Both the position numbers and the translations under genes were made by a program. From Chromera velia (Eukaryota), in assembly GCA_018398765.1 (NCBI GenBank), contig JAHBMJ010000493.1, forward strand, positions 1-46,123: a stretch of 46,123 nt of DNA, read 5' to 3'. The notes under the pieces were generated by a model, which was not told the origin of the DNA, ran no database searches, and saw nothing but the letters and a program-made list of their open reading frames with translations. Positions 13,760-26,406 of this stretch are shown in pieces; the stretch's first letter is position 1; each line of letters starts with the position of its first letter.

Positions 13760-15571
13760 ACTCTTTAAAAGAAACTTGCATTTCATAAGTTTTTATGGTC
13801 GCAGAAACAGCAGGATCTAAAAAAAAAAAATCATAATCATTCATTACAGCTGCACTGCGTTGATTGACTGCGGTGACAGAATGAAGACAGTCGCATTTAC
13901 TGACGTACTAGTTGACGCATATATGCACAAAATTTAAAATTTTAAATTTGAAAGAGAGGTGTTACTAGGGGTGTCAGATCGAGCAGGCTCAGCAGAAACT
14001 GTGAAGGAAATTATGTCTATATATCATTATAAATGTGTCGCTCTACGTAGGGTTTCTTCGACAAGCCATCGCTAAAGCTACTAGCTTTAGAGCCGTCCCT
14101 CATCCCGAACCTTGACACAAACCGGGAACATAAATCTATCCAAAAGATATAGTGATTAGTCAATTGAATTCAACCTGAAATGTACCTCTTAAATTAGCAT
14201 ATAAAACGGTATTAATTATATAAAAAGGTATTATTAAAACCTAGTATCTATAGCCTAGTATAGCATAAAAGATTCACGTTTTCCTAGCCTGAGCTGTTTC
14301 AAGTTCCTTCACACACTGGAAAACAACTTTGGCTTTTTAAAATTCAAATTGAATCTTAATTGGGTGCGATGGTGTAATTGAGTGAGCAGGAAGATTCCGT
14401 GTGGGCGCAGTCGTCGCCAGTCGAAAGCACCGCCAAGCGGTTCCATCACCGGATCGACAAACACGAAAACAAGAGAGGTTCATTTAATTACATCCAGAAT
14501 TAGAATTGGCATCCACGATTACGCACCATGAGTGAATTCTCTTTCAGCACACAGACCTACAAGACAACGAAAACATCCACTGACAGTATGGTTTCTGTGC
14601 AGAGACGGACAGTTTCCTCTGTTTATGTTTCAGACTTCTAGAGCTCTCTTTCCCGCTGCATTTCTTCTCGGAGCTCTGTCATCGGCCATCTCTCCTGTCG
14701 CTACAAAGATGCAACATAGAGTCTCTCGGGCGTTTTCTACGAAATCAACAAGAGTCGACGGAGAGAGAAAAATAAAAGAAAGGAAAAAGGGGACCGTCAG
14801 GAGCTCTGTTCCCCCCCTCACCCCGTCAAGTCGACCGTCCGATCTCCACATTTCTTGTTTCTTTCTCTGCCTCGTCCATCTATCTGCCTGTCTTCCCGTC
14901 TTCCTCTGTCTGTCTATGTCCCTCGATTCCTTCACATTCAGACAAGCGACCTGATCTTTTGGATGTCTTCCGTCCCTTCCTTCCTGGCTCTCTTCTTCGA
15001 ATTCCCTGGCCGCTTCTTTCTGTCACCTTCTGGAGAGTTGGAAAAGGTACGATAGATAGATACACACACACAGAACAAGACAATGCAGAGAAACACAGGA
15101 ACACAGAAACACTGAGACACGCGGCACAGTCGCTTGCAAGACCGGGTGTCTCTCTATACAAACTGAAATCCAGTCGTGTTACTTGTCTGCCTAACAACGA
15201 CACACGTGCAGGAAAGAGACAGGGAGGCAGGCCTGAACACTGTTATGCAGGGGGGAAAGGCGGTTGAAACGAGAAGAGACGGGGCCGTCCTCGCACCATG
15301 CACCCCCTCCGTGCAGTTTCCATCTCCTCTCTTTTCTCCCTCAGACATCCTGTCTGGTTGCCCGCTCTCCTGCTGCCTCCCAAATTCATGTTCGCCTCGC
15401 ACTTGTAACAAACGAAGAGAGGGAAGAAGCGACTGTATCTATCTTCCGGCCTGGATTGAGATGTCCGCTTCTGCTTTGTCTAGAGATTGGACACGCACGC
15501 AGGCAGGCAGGCAGGCAGGCAGGCAGAAAACGGAACACGCCCATACCAGTTCCTTTGGTTCTCCCTCCTGT

Positions 15572-16321
15572 CTACTCTGTCTTCCCCTTTTCCTCTGCGC
15601 CTCCTTCGGCAGTCACGACGGCACCTCCCACATCGACCCGTCTCTTCTTCTTCGCGCCCCCGTCTGCGTCCTTCTCCACAGCGTTCTCGCTGCAGACAGG
15701 GAAGGGAGGGAAACCGCATGCAAGAACGTGTGTGCGAGCTTTTCGTTTTCGTTGTCTGCCTCCAGAGTGTTTTCAGGGCAGCGTGTGAAAAAAGATCTGT
15801 GTAGTCATGCTCTACCATGCACCTTTTGAGTGCACAAAGGAAAAGAAAGACCACGGAAGAGGGCTGGAACACAAACCAAACGCCACTCACTTTCTACCCA
15901 CGACTGAAAAATTCAGAACAAGTTACTCTCCATTCCTTTTCCTAAATAGTCCTCTCCCCTCTTCTGTGTCAGGGCAGCAATGTACTCCTCTGACCTGCTC
16001 ACAGTTCCCAGGACGGCGGTCGTCGTGGCAGTCGCTTTCTGAAAGAAAGAAAAAAAGAAACAAAGAAAGAAAATGAGTGAGGGAGAAGAACGAGCACAGA
16101 GATGCACGACTGAATATGCAAGCAACATCTACAGATTCATTCGAAGATGTCGAGGCAAAGCGAATACGTACATGAATGTCAAACAAAATGAAACAGAGAG
16201 TTTCCGTTGTGATGTTCGCCAGGAGATCGATCGAAAGATGTACTGGGGAATTAGAGGGGGCATTCGTTTGTTACTCTTTCTGCGGGCAAGCACACAAGCC
16301 AAGAGAAAAAGAAAGACAGAG

Positions 16322-16364
<43 letters not shown>

Positions 16365-19300
16365 GGAGAGGGAGAGAGAGAGAGAAGGGAGAGACCGACT
16401 TCTTGTGCTTTCTTCTCCTGTCCCGCCATCTCCCTCGCGACCTTCCGAGCGAGCTCCACGTTCGCCTTCGTTGTGTCGCCCTCCTTCTGCTGCCTGGACA
16501 GCTCTGTAATCTGCACACAGAGAGGAGGAGGGGAAACACAGAAAACCACAGCAACGGAGAAAGTGAAACGCTCAACCCACCCTCCTGTAAACACACATTC
16601 CTCTTGCTGTTTGCGCAACCGAACGAAAAGATCGTAATTCCTTTCCCACCGGAAGAATTTCTCTAGACTGCTCTAAGTCATCCCCCGACGTTCAACGATC
16701 ATTCCCACACCAAAAGAAAAGAAAAAAAAGGAAGCAAAGGACAAAACAAACAACACACACGAACAGAGAAAAACTGACGTTGTCCTCGATCTCCCTGAGG
16801 GTGATTTGGTTGTCTTCTCTCTCTTCCTCGGGGCACCGAATCCCCCTCCTGCCGTCGAGGTAGTCCAGAAACAGGGCCTTCGTCTCCTGCAAGAAGAGGA
16901 GGGAAACAAAGGAGAAGGAAAGGAAAGAAAAGGAAAGGAAAGAAAAGAAAAGGAAAGGAAAGAAAAGGAAAGGAAAGAAAAGGAAAGAAAGGGAAAGGAA
17001 AGAAAAGGAAAGGAAAGAAAAGGAAAGGAAAGGAAAGGAAAGGAAAGGAAAGAAAAGGAAAGGAAAGGAAAGGAAAGGAAAGAAAAGAAAAGGAAAGGAA
17101 AGGAAAGGAAAGGAAAGGAAAGAAAAGGAAAGGAAAGAAAAGGGGAGAGAGGACGGAATTCAAGGAGCGGTTCAATCACACAGATGCAGCGGAGAGACGA
17201 AGAGAAGAACACGGAAAGCGCTCAAACGAAGAGTCGGGGAGGGAGATAAGAAGAAACTTCACCCCTTCGAACAGGAAGAAGAACACTCATGCAGACACAA
17301 AAGAGTGAAATTCCACTTTCTTGGCTGCCAACGAGAGGTTCCTGCAGGCTTCATGAGTTGTTAGATGAAGGAGAGGCAAGTCGAACTCTCAGGAAGGCAT
17401 ACGCGATTGAAGTTCATTGATCCATTTGCACAGCAATGGAAAGACGGGGGCACATAGAGGGTGCAGACACAAAGCCGCACCGCCACCCCGCACTCAGTTC
17501 GCTTCCACCTAGAATTTTCATGCGACGAAGGAACGGATTGAAAGAGAGGGGAGGAAGAAGATGTCTGCACATCGAGTCACAGCAGGAGAAAACAGCTCTC
17601 TCTAGATGCACCAATCCCCCCTCCCCTGCCGACCTCAAACTGCTGGAGGGCCGCTGCGGTCTTGTCTGTCTGTCCGAGGGCTATAGCCAGAGCAAGAGAG
17701 CTGCGTGCACGCAGCAAGAACACAGCCACGCAGAAGAACCAGACAAGGGTGAGATGACGAAGCAACAGATAGACGGAAAAAAGTCTTGTGCACACCGTGT
17801 GTGTGTTTTTTTTAACTTGGAAAGGTAGGAAAGGCACCTGTTCAGGATTCGAATGAAGAGAAAACGAGCCAGGATGCATTTTTCCGCTCCGTTGTGGAAA
17901 AAAAGTTTTCAAAGAAGAAACACTCGTTGGGTTCTCCGCAAGTGAACCAGAATGAATGAGACGAAAAGGAAATGCAGACACGCAAGCAAAGGCAGACACA
18001 GAGAGAGAGGGCAAGAGAGAGGGAGAGAGGGAGAGACTGACGGAGCTCTGAAGGTGTCGTAAGGAAGGTCGAATCTCTTCCTCATCTCCAGCGCCTTCTT
18101 GTACTCCTGCACACGGAGATTGATTCAAACAGGCGCCAGAAAAGATAATGCTTCAATACAGAAAACAACGGTAGTGTTCGTTCATTGATCTCCATAATTT
18201 CTCGCCGGCCGCACAGTTGTCCAACCACCACGCCAAAATGACTGACAAGAGGCAACAGCCAGGAAGGAAAGGGAAGGTCAGGCAGACAGACAGAGATCTA
18301 AAGCGGTAAAAAAATACACAGGTGTTTATTTGACGTTCAAATTCACGCACCCCTGCATGTCTGTCTGTCTGTGTGTGTGCCCATCCATGCTTACCTCCGC
18401 AGCTTCCTCCACCTTCTCCTGAAGGGTCAGAAGGTCTGCCAGACGGACATGGACGAAAGAGGCGTCCATCACCTGCATTTAGTACATAAAGGGAGAAGTA
18501 TGGAAGCATACGGGTGCGTGAGACGAAAAGCGTGCCTCTCTATCTCGAGATGCATGTGCAACCAAGAGAAACGAGGAGCCAAACGGTCAACAATGTGCAG
18601 GCCACAAAGAAAAAGACAGACAGAGGCTCTCCCAAGTCGTGTAAGTAAAAATGGAAAGCAGGCACCTACCTCTTCCTTCGTGATTTTCCCCTCGGTCTCG
18701 AGTCTGCAGTCACCACACGAAGGCATGGCAGAACTCTCTCCATTTCTCTGTGTATGTGTGTCTATGTGAGTGATGATGCAGCTATTCCCATCATACCATC
18801 GTGCACCGGCCTCCTAGCCGTACACGAAAGAGAGGGTGGAAAGAGAGAAGCCAGGAGGATGAAGAGGGTCTGAGACGACCCGACAAAGCAAGCAGATGAC
18901 AAAGGGAATGAAGGGGAAAAAATAAGTCGAAGACAATCAGAGAAGGAAAGACAGAAGACCACCGAGAACGGCAATGGCCCAGTCAGCTGAGACATGTTGA
19001 TTCTCTGGTAGTCTATTCTCATTCAGCTAGTTTCTCTCAAATCTGACAAACTAAACGTATGCATTCCTTCAAAAAAGCCAACTGACTTACTTCCTCAGTC
19101 TGTTGTCGTAGGCCTTCCGGGCACACTCGAAAGTCTCCCATGCAAGCTGCAGGTCGTCCGCAGGCTTGTCCTCCTCGTCCTCCATCTGCACATCCCCCCC
19201 CTTCGCCTCTTCTTCAGGAGGAGCCTGACCAGAGAGTGTGGCTGCGATTTTATCCGCAGCCTTTTGGGAGAGTTCTTCTCCGGTCATTTCCCTTTTCTCC

Positions 19301-20968
19301 TTTTCCTTCTCTGCCTCCTGCTCCTTCTTCTTGGCGGCGTTCGACTTCGTGTCTTGCTCAGCGATCACTGAGGAACACGGAGGGGGCAAGGGAGACAGCG
19401 CACAAATGCGAAAGAAGCCAAGGGAACCGACCAATCCGTCCCCCCACTCCCTCCCTCCCCCATTTCATGCAAGCCGAATTGAGTGAAATCGAAAAAGGAG
19501 GGAAGGAATGAGGCAAGCAACCAAGAAAGAAAGAAGGAAAGAAAGAAAGAACGAACGAACGAACGAACGAACGAACGAACGAACGAAAGGAAGGAAAGAA
19601 AGAAAGAAAGAAAGGCAAGAGACCGAAAAACGAAAAGCCACACTTTGACACCAGGCAGAGAAAAAGATAGACAGAAACAGAAACGAACGAGTATACAAGA
19701 TCCACCCAGCACCCTTTTTCTCTCACGCACAAAAAGAGAGACGGACCGATGTTGTCCCACTGAAAGAGATCAGACGAATTTTCTTCGCACTTCAGGAGAG
19801 CGTTTCTGCACATAATCCATCCAAACAAAAGGGGTGAGCACACCCATGAACACCAGCAGAGTGTTCGGCAGAGCAAAGAAAGAACATCACCCCCCCCCCC
19901 CNNNNNNNNNNNNNNNNNNNNNNNNNNNNCCCCCCCTGCAGGAAAAAAAGTGACAACCAATCGGCAATGCCAGCAAGAACCAGCCCATCAATACACTCCA
20001 TGAAAGAAAAGAGAGGGAATATACCCAAAAGAGAATGCAAGCAGAGAGACAGACTGACACAAAATCAGAGGAGGCAAAAGAAGGGGAAAAGATCCGAATT
20101 TTCTTTCCTTCCTTACTGACGCGTATTCCAGATAGAAGACTGCGCTGTCCGGATGGAACTGTTCTCCGTCCAATTCCTTCATCCTGCACCCACACAAGAC
20201 AAAGTGAAGACAAAAAGGTTTTCAAAAGAGGAGAGAAGGGATCTACACAAAATCTTGGAGCTCGATGGGAAGACTTGTGTTGTGCAACCTTGCGTGTCTC
20301 ATACACGCCGTGCGACAGACTTGCGGGACGACCGACCGACGAAGGACACGCTGATGCACTCATTCATTAAGTGATTCACCCACTACATCACGCAGCGATC
20401 AACCAACGACCGAATATCTGCCAGCGTGCTCGACTGCCTGCCTGACTGACTGACTTGAGTTCGAGGGCCCAGGAGAGGTGTCGGGCTGCCTCTCCAAGGT
20501 CGTTCGCTCTGCCGAGTTCCTTTCCTTTAGTCTTCAGGGTCTCAGCAGTCTCTCCCTCAGGAATATCGTCCCCCTCCTCCTCCTCCTCCTCTTCCCCATC
20601 CTCGTCTGCCTCGTCCTCTTCCTCCTCACCGTCCACCTCCTCTTCATCTTCTTCACCCTCTCCTTCCTTCGCCTCGTCTGCAGCAGCTGCGACGGCGGCT
20701 GGAGGATCGTTAGAGGCGCCCTGCATGATTTCAGACAGCCATCAGGCAGAGGATGTGAACGAAACTGGACGCCTAGACAGAAGAAGAAGGCGACTTGCAA
20801 GGAAGAAGAGCACGAAAGAGCAAGGATACACGCTGAGAGATGCGCATTGGGCGTGCATTCGGTGCAAAAGGAAGGGAGAGCGCGTCGCAAACGCCAGCAA
20901 ACAAACCGACAAACCTCCGTAGGGTTTTCCAACTCATTCGCGGGTGTGTGTGTGGCCGTGTCCTCCAT
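15572..20968 (-). CDS. NASP: NASP/Sim3/Hif1-family histone H3-H4 chaperone (SHNi-TPR); 13 exons
   Basis: Exons 20968-20915, 20720-20455, 20183-20121, 19805-19747, 19367-19091, 18703-18670, 18472-18395, 18106-18042, 17700-17634, 16886-16779, 16510-16400, 16038-15995, 15689-15572, all phase-consistent. Acidic N-terminus, TPR1 (KGKELGRANDLGEAARHLSWALEL), FHPDSAVFYLEYANALL, acidic insertion then the hallmark DDLQLAWETFECARKAY, SHNi-TPR VHVRLADLLTLQEKVEEAAEEYKKALEMR, and C-terminal NLS KKKRRV. The start codon may lie further upstream. Confidence 0.85.
16912..17141. repeat. (GGAAA/GAAAA)n intronic simple repeat
   Basis: Pentanucleotide purine array inside a NASP intron (polypyrimidine on the sense strand). 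Confidence 0.9.
19902..19929. other. Assembly gap (N run) within a poly-C tract in a NASP intron
   Basis: 28 N bases flanked by C homopolymers. Confidence 0.98.
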
Positions 20969-21899
20969 GGCTGCTGCTGCCTCGTTGCTGGGTGGGGACT
21001 GGGGTTTGGTGTCTGGGGCTCCTGCTCCTGCATAGACAAGCGCAGAGTGGTATCAATAATAACGAGTCAAAAGAAGAGAGAAACACGTGGAGAGTGCATT
21101 GACTGAAGCATGCCTTTGAAATGTATGGAGTCCCACCCCTACAGACGGAGGAAAACAACAGAACGAAAGAGACGGAGAGGATCTCCTCGACTTTTGTGTT
21201 GGGGGGGGGGTTTTGCTTCCTGAGTGCTTTCGTGCTTCTCTAGTGGACTGTCGCTGTCATCTCGTGCGACTCCGGTTGACCTACCGGCAAGTGTTTCGGC
21301 GACTTGGGCTGCGTCTGCAGGGAAAACAAAAGGCAGACAAATGAAGAAGGAAGCGTCAGATACACTTGGTTAAGAAAAAAAGCGCGATAGCAACAGGAGG
21401 GTTAGAACGACCATTGGGAGCCAAAATTGCCACAGAGGACATCCAAAAGATATGGAAATGCACGGACTGAGCTCGACCTTCCTTTTCCTCACCCAGCGTC
21501 AAGAGCTTTTCTGGCAGAGAGATGCAAGCGAAAATGTACCACCATACGGAATATACAAACAGGCGGGCTTTCCACCCCTCTCGGGCTCCTACCCATTTAC
21601 ATCTTGACTTACCAGCGGCGCTCATAACTTCTGCTTTGTCTTTGGGAGGGTCAGTCGGCGCTTCTGTCTTTCTTTATGCCAAGGAAGGTAATTCACTTCC
21701 TTTGGAGACGGTTCAAGCGGGAAACAAACTGCGCGACAAGAAACGTTAGAATCCCTCTCCTTTGATGTGGAGTCCTGGCTTCTGCGTGGCACTATCGACA
21801 AAAGTGAGCTGCTTTCCTGCAAATGTGATCACTCAAGAAAGTCTCACTTGAAAGAGAAAAACAAGCAACAAGTTCAAGCATGTTCAAGCTTCGATCGCA

Positions 21900-22050
21900 A
21901 AATTGTGGCATATTGTGGCGCCATGATGGCGCGCCATGTGGCGCCTTCGCAAATTTTGAAATTTCTAATTTTTGTGCCGGCGCACTTGGCCAAAGGATCC
22001 GCAGATTTCTTGGGGCGCTCTCGGCCCAGCATGGCCCAGCCGGATCATCA
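21900..22050. promoter_or_regulatory. Putative bidirectional promoter between NASP (-) and the rhodopsin (+), with clustered GGCGCC/GGCGCGCC sites
   Basis: TTGTGGCGCCATGATGGCGCGCCATGTGGCGCC lies between divergently oriented genes and resembles E2F-like GC boxes (inference). Confidence 0.4.
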
Positions 22051-22455
22051 TGCCCGCGTACGGATTTGATCGGAACTGTTGTTCGCGTACACTAGCTGTA
22101 TACTAGCTGTGATTCGAACATTCTATATAACCAATTCAGAGTTTCCAACGTACGATCGAAGACTGCGAATGTCAGTGCTTCTTCGCTTTCGCAGGTGAAT
22201 TTGTGTTCTTGCTCTGGCGGTGGCCTGCGTTTTCTCTTGGTTCCCAGAAGAAACAGACTTCCCAGCCTCCTCTCTCAGCCCTGTTGCGCATCAGAGGGGA
22301 GACGTATCGATCGATCAGATATCTTCCGATAGAGCTTGGTCATACCCGATCAGGGCGTCGAGAAGGCTTTGGCCACTTCAGCTCTTTGAAGAATATCTCC
22401 TTCCGGCTCTTGACAAGAGCCCTTTATCCTCTTTGAGTCAGCACCTTTCAGAAGA

Positions 22456-23175
22456 ATGACAGAGCACAACGGCAGGGGTGGGTGGGCAAACGTGACCGAG
22501 CCCTCTCCCTATCCCAGTGCAGAGGATCTCGAGAATCGAGGAGAATTCAATGCAGTCACCACTGGAGTCACGAACTTTCTTGACGTCACCCGACCTCTTC
22601 TGTTCACCTCCCTCGCATTCACGACACTCTCCATGTGCATTCTCGTACATGCCCTGAGGATCCGCTTCGCTCCCCGAAAAAACAAAAACGTCGACGACCA
22701 CGTTTTCCTCCTCTACATGGCTGCCATCCTAACGGCAGTCCCCGGTCTCAGCTACGGGGCCATGTGGGCCACTGCCTCCTGGACAGACCGGTGGGTGGTT
22801 GGGTGAGTGCCTTGGAAGAAGGGAAACTCAGATAGATGCAGAGGGACCATGCCTTCAGAAGAGCCTCCACCTCTCTCCCTCTCTGTTTTTCTGCATCAAA
22901 GTGCACGGACTTCTCTTTGCATCACTTGGATTGTTACCACATCCATCCGTAGACCTTTCTGGTCGACATGGGAAGAATTCCTCTCTTCAATCCGGTCCTT
23001 TCTGTCTCGCTTTCCGTCTTCCCTTTTTTCCTTTCCTCCTTACTTCCTTTCGGAATTCTTTTCCCTCCTTCCTTTCTTGTTCTCTTCCCCCCTTTTTTCC
23101 TTCCGTAGCGATTTGCTGTTTGCTTGCTTCCTTGCTCTTTTGCTTGCTAACTTACTCACTTTCCGTTCTTTCTTC

Positions 23176-23207
<32 letters not shown>

Positions 23208-24268
23208 TTCTTTTCTTTCTTTCTTTCTTTCTTTCTTTCCTTCCTTCCTTCTTTCCTTCCTTCCTTTCTTCCTTTCTTCCTTTCTTTTCTTCCTTTCTTT
23301 CTTTCTTTTCTTTCTTTTTTTTGTTTTCTTTGTTTTCTTTCTTTTCTTTCTTTCTTTTTTCTTTTCTTTTTTTTCTTTCTTTTTTTTCTTTCTTTCTTTT
23401 TTCTTTTCGTTTTTCCTCCCTCTCTCTTTCTCTCTCTTGCGCGCCCGCTTTCATCCTTTCTTCCCCCCTTACTTCCTTTCTTACTGACTGCTGAGTTTTG
23501 TTCGTTCTTTTTTTGGAGCCCGCCCTTTTCGTTTTTTTCTTCCCACCACACACTCGCAGCACCTGCCTGATCCTCGTTGCGTCCCGCCCACAAAATATAC
23601 ATCACATGACGCAAAGTATGCACACCCACCTTGTTCACTTGGTCATACTGGTGCTTCGCATCCCATTATTCAGCTACCAATTCCATCACTGATCGATCCT
23701 TTCTATCATGTACCACTGGTTCGACAAATACGTAGGCCTGCTGCTGCTGCATGTTTTCCGTGTTTTTATGTGTCCGTGTGTGAGCGCATGAGTGTGTGTG
23801 CGTGCGCAGGGTACGTTTCCGCTCTTTTGCCATTTGCCATTGCATTGCCCCATCAATGGCTGTATTAATCGGTGCATGAAATGCATACTTAAATGGGCAC
23901 TGTGTTTGTGCATTCGTGTGTGTGTGCTTGCGATACCTTCCTTGCAGTTCCTTCTTCACCTACCGTTTCGCCGACTGGCTCTTCACGGCCCCCCTGATGC
24001 TGTTCATGCTAGCCTACGACGCGAACTGCCAGGCATACGCTCTCCAGCTGCTGGGCGTCGTTTTCGCTGGCCTCGCTGCCGCGTGTCCTCTTCTGAACCA
24101 TCTGTCGGGGTTCGATTTCTTCGACTCCTACTTTCTCTGGCTAGGCATCGCTTTCACACTCCCCCTGTTCCACCTGATGTGGACGCAGCTGCCAGAGAAC
24201 AGACTGGAGGCCTCGAAGAAAGGTGCGTGCGTCAGGGGAAAGCCGGGAAGGGTCTCTCTCTGTCTCTG

Positions 24269-24302
<34 letters not shown>

Positions 24303-24311
24303 TCTCTCTCG

Positions 24312-24351
<40 letters not shown>

Positions 24352-24380
24352 GTCTCTGTCTCTGTCTCTCTGTCTCTCTG

Positions 24381-24433
<53 letters not shown>

Positions 24434-24483
24434 GTCTCTGTCTCTGTCTCTGTCTCTGTCTCTGTCTCTCTCTCTCGCTCTCG

Positions 24484-24541
<58 letters not shown>

Positions 24542-24996
24542 GCTGTGAGAATTCTTGGATTCTGCCTGACTTTCTGTGTGCTGGGAAGGGGCGAGGGCGA
24601 CTCGAATTGCACCTGTCCGTGTTTCCATCTTTTGCCTTCTTTTCTTCTTCCCTCTGCGTGTCTGTTTTGCTTGTCCCTCGGTACTAATATTTCGGTCAGA
24701 GAATGCATTAGCGGAAGGAACCGAGAAGTTTGGACCTGAGACAACTTGTCTAAACAATTTCCTTTCTGTCTGCAGGGAAGGACAGGCGTCTGACCCTTCT
24801 GGCCTTCCTGCTGACAGGGGCGATGATCGCTTTCCTGATCAGTGGGTGCATGCTGGAGGGTGCCTCGACGTTGGTGGCAGAGGTGATGATCCTGGTGATT
24901 GTTGACCTGATCACGAAGGGGGTTTTTGCCTTGTCCTACGTCGTAGTGGCACCTGAGGAGGTGGCACTGGGGGAGGAAGGGGGAGTGCTTATCTAA
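22456..24996 (+). CDS. Divergent type-1 (microbial) rhodopsin, 7TM; 3 exons, 280 aa
   Basis: Exons 22456-22802, 23948-24222, 24776-24996 (347+275+221 = 843 nt, open). Helix B ...GLSYGAMW; helix C YRFADWLFTAPLML (cf. bacteriorhodopsin RYADWLFTTPLLL); helix G AEVMILVIVDLITKGVFAL, i.e. DxxxK with the retinal-binding Lys. Seven hydrophobic segments. Confidence 0.88.
23160..23440. repeat. (TTTC)n pyrimidine-rich low-complexity tract in rhodopsin intron 1
   Basis: Near-pure T/C tract. Confidence 0.9.
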
Positions 24997-25201
24997 GCGT
25001 TTAGAAAAAGGGGGTGGGAGAGGGGGGGTTGGCTGCGATGGCGTGAGAGAACAAGTCCAAGTCCGTACAGAGAAGTGAAGAAAGGAGAAGGGGAAAAAGC
25101 ATTCGGGGTAGTCGAGAGAGAAAAATAGAATGCGGTTTCAGCGGGCAAAGTTCCTGCGACAGACAGACAAACGGACAGAAAAGCAACCACAGAGAGAGAG
25201 G

Positions 25202-25239
<38 letters not shown>

Positions 25240-26406
25240 GTGCCAGAGAGAGAGAGAGAGAGCGTGAAGGAAAGAATATGACTCAATTATATGAGGAAGT
25301 GGTGTCGACCAAAAATGATCGGACGGCATGTAATTGATTAATTCATTGTTTGAATGCTTTCTTTGAGAAGTTCTCAAGTTGAGATGAACCCACGGTGCAT
25401 GCAGAGGCACGCCTTTCATCAGGGTATAAAGCCATAATGTCGCCACCGTACACTGTGAATGATCTGCTGATCTCTGTTGTTCTAATTAACAGTTCTTTTC
25501 GTTAACGTTTTCAACTTTTCAAAATTAATTTAAGTAAACAGTTTAATATCACACAGTCATCCTCCTCGAAATCCATGTAAATCATCATATCTAGCATCAC
25601 ATATTCTAGTGCATCTGAATTGCTCGGTACATTATGGTACATTGATTTTATTTGAATTATTGGCTAAATTTTTGTTACTATTAGTATACTACTGCTACTA
25701 ATGAATTATTCCTACTTAGGTTCCTACAAGGCTATAACATTGCTATTTTTTCTTTAAGCTAGCTACCTGATTAAGTGATAAGTCATTTATTGATGCCTGA
25801 AAATACCCTAGAACACAGTCTAAACACTGTTGCCCTAGCTGTTGCCAGTGCCGTTTTATTTTTCAATCAGTCTAAAGTTTTACAGGTTTTACAAGTATCT
25901 TTTAGAATAAAACTTGAACAGTAATATAAACTTGAAAACGTAAATTGCTCTAGAAATTGCTGCGTATATAATTAAAACATAATTTGAAATATATAGAATA
26001 AACTAGGATTTACACAGTACGGTTAGGAGTAACGAAAGTAGGATGGTTACTAGGCGGCCGCTAGGCCACCCGGTTACCAATTTTGTGGTTACGGTAGTAG
26101 TGTTCCGATGGTAGTGATAGTAGCTAAAAATACGCAGATTTGGCCTAAAAATAAGCAAATTCTATGTCAAACTTAACCTACAAAACCAATTTTAGACTAG
26201 TAAATTTTTACTGTGAAAATCATACTTTTGGCATTCATTAAAAGTTTATTCTAGTAAAACTCAATGTTCATCATTTTATGATTGAACCATAACTAATATA
26301 TCAATATTTATAGGCTATGTTATTTAAGTATAATCATTTTAAGGCTTTAAATTGCTAATCAGTTAAGTGATTAGGCTTTAAAATAGGTCTAGCAACTGTT
26401 TTTACC

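Noticed and set aside
13960..14370. TAGGGGTGTCAG hAT-like terminus in an AT-rich island
   Set aside because: No convincing partner TIR or TSD was found. It is probably a decayed element but cannot be delimited.
23560..23730. Exon-like segment in rhodopsin intron 1 (CGCAG|CACCTG...TAC|GTAGGC)
   Set aside because: In the phase set by exon 1 it hits a TGA at ~23690. Direct splicing 22802 to 23948 gives the correct helix B-to-C spacing.
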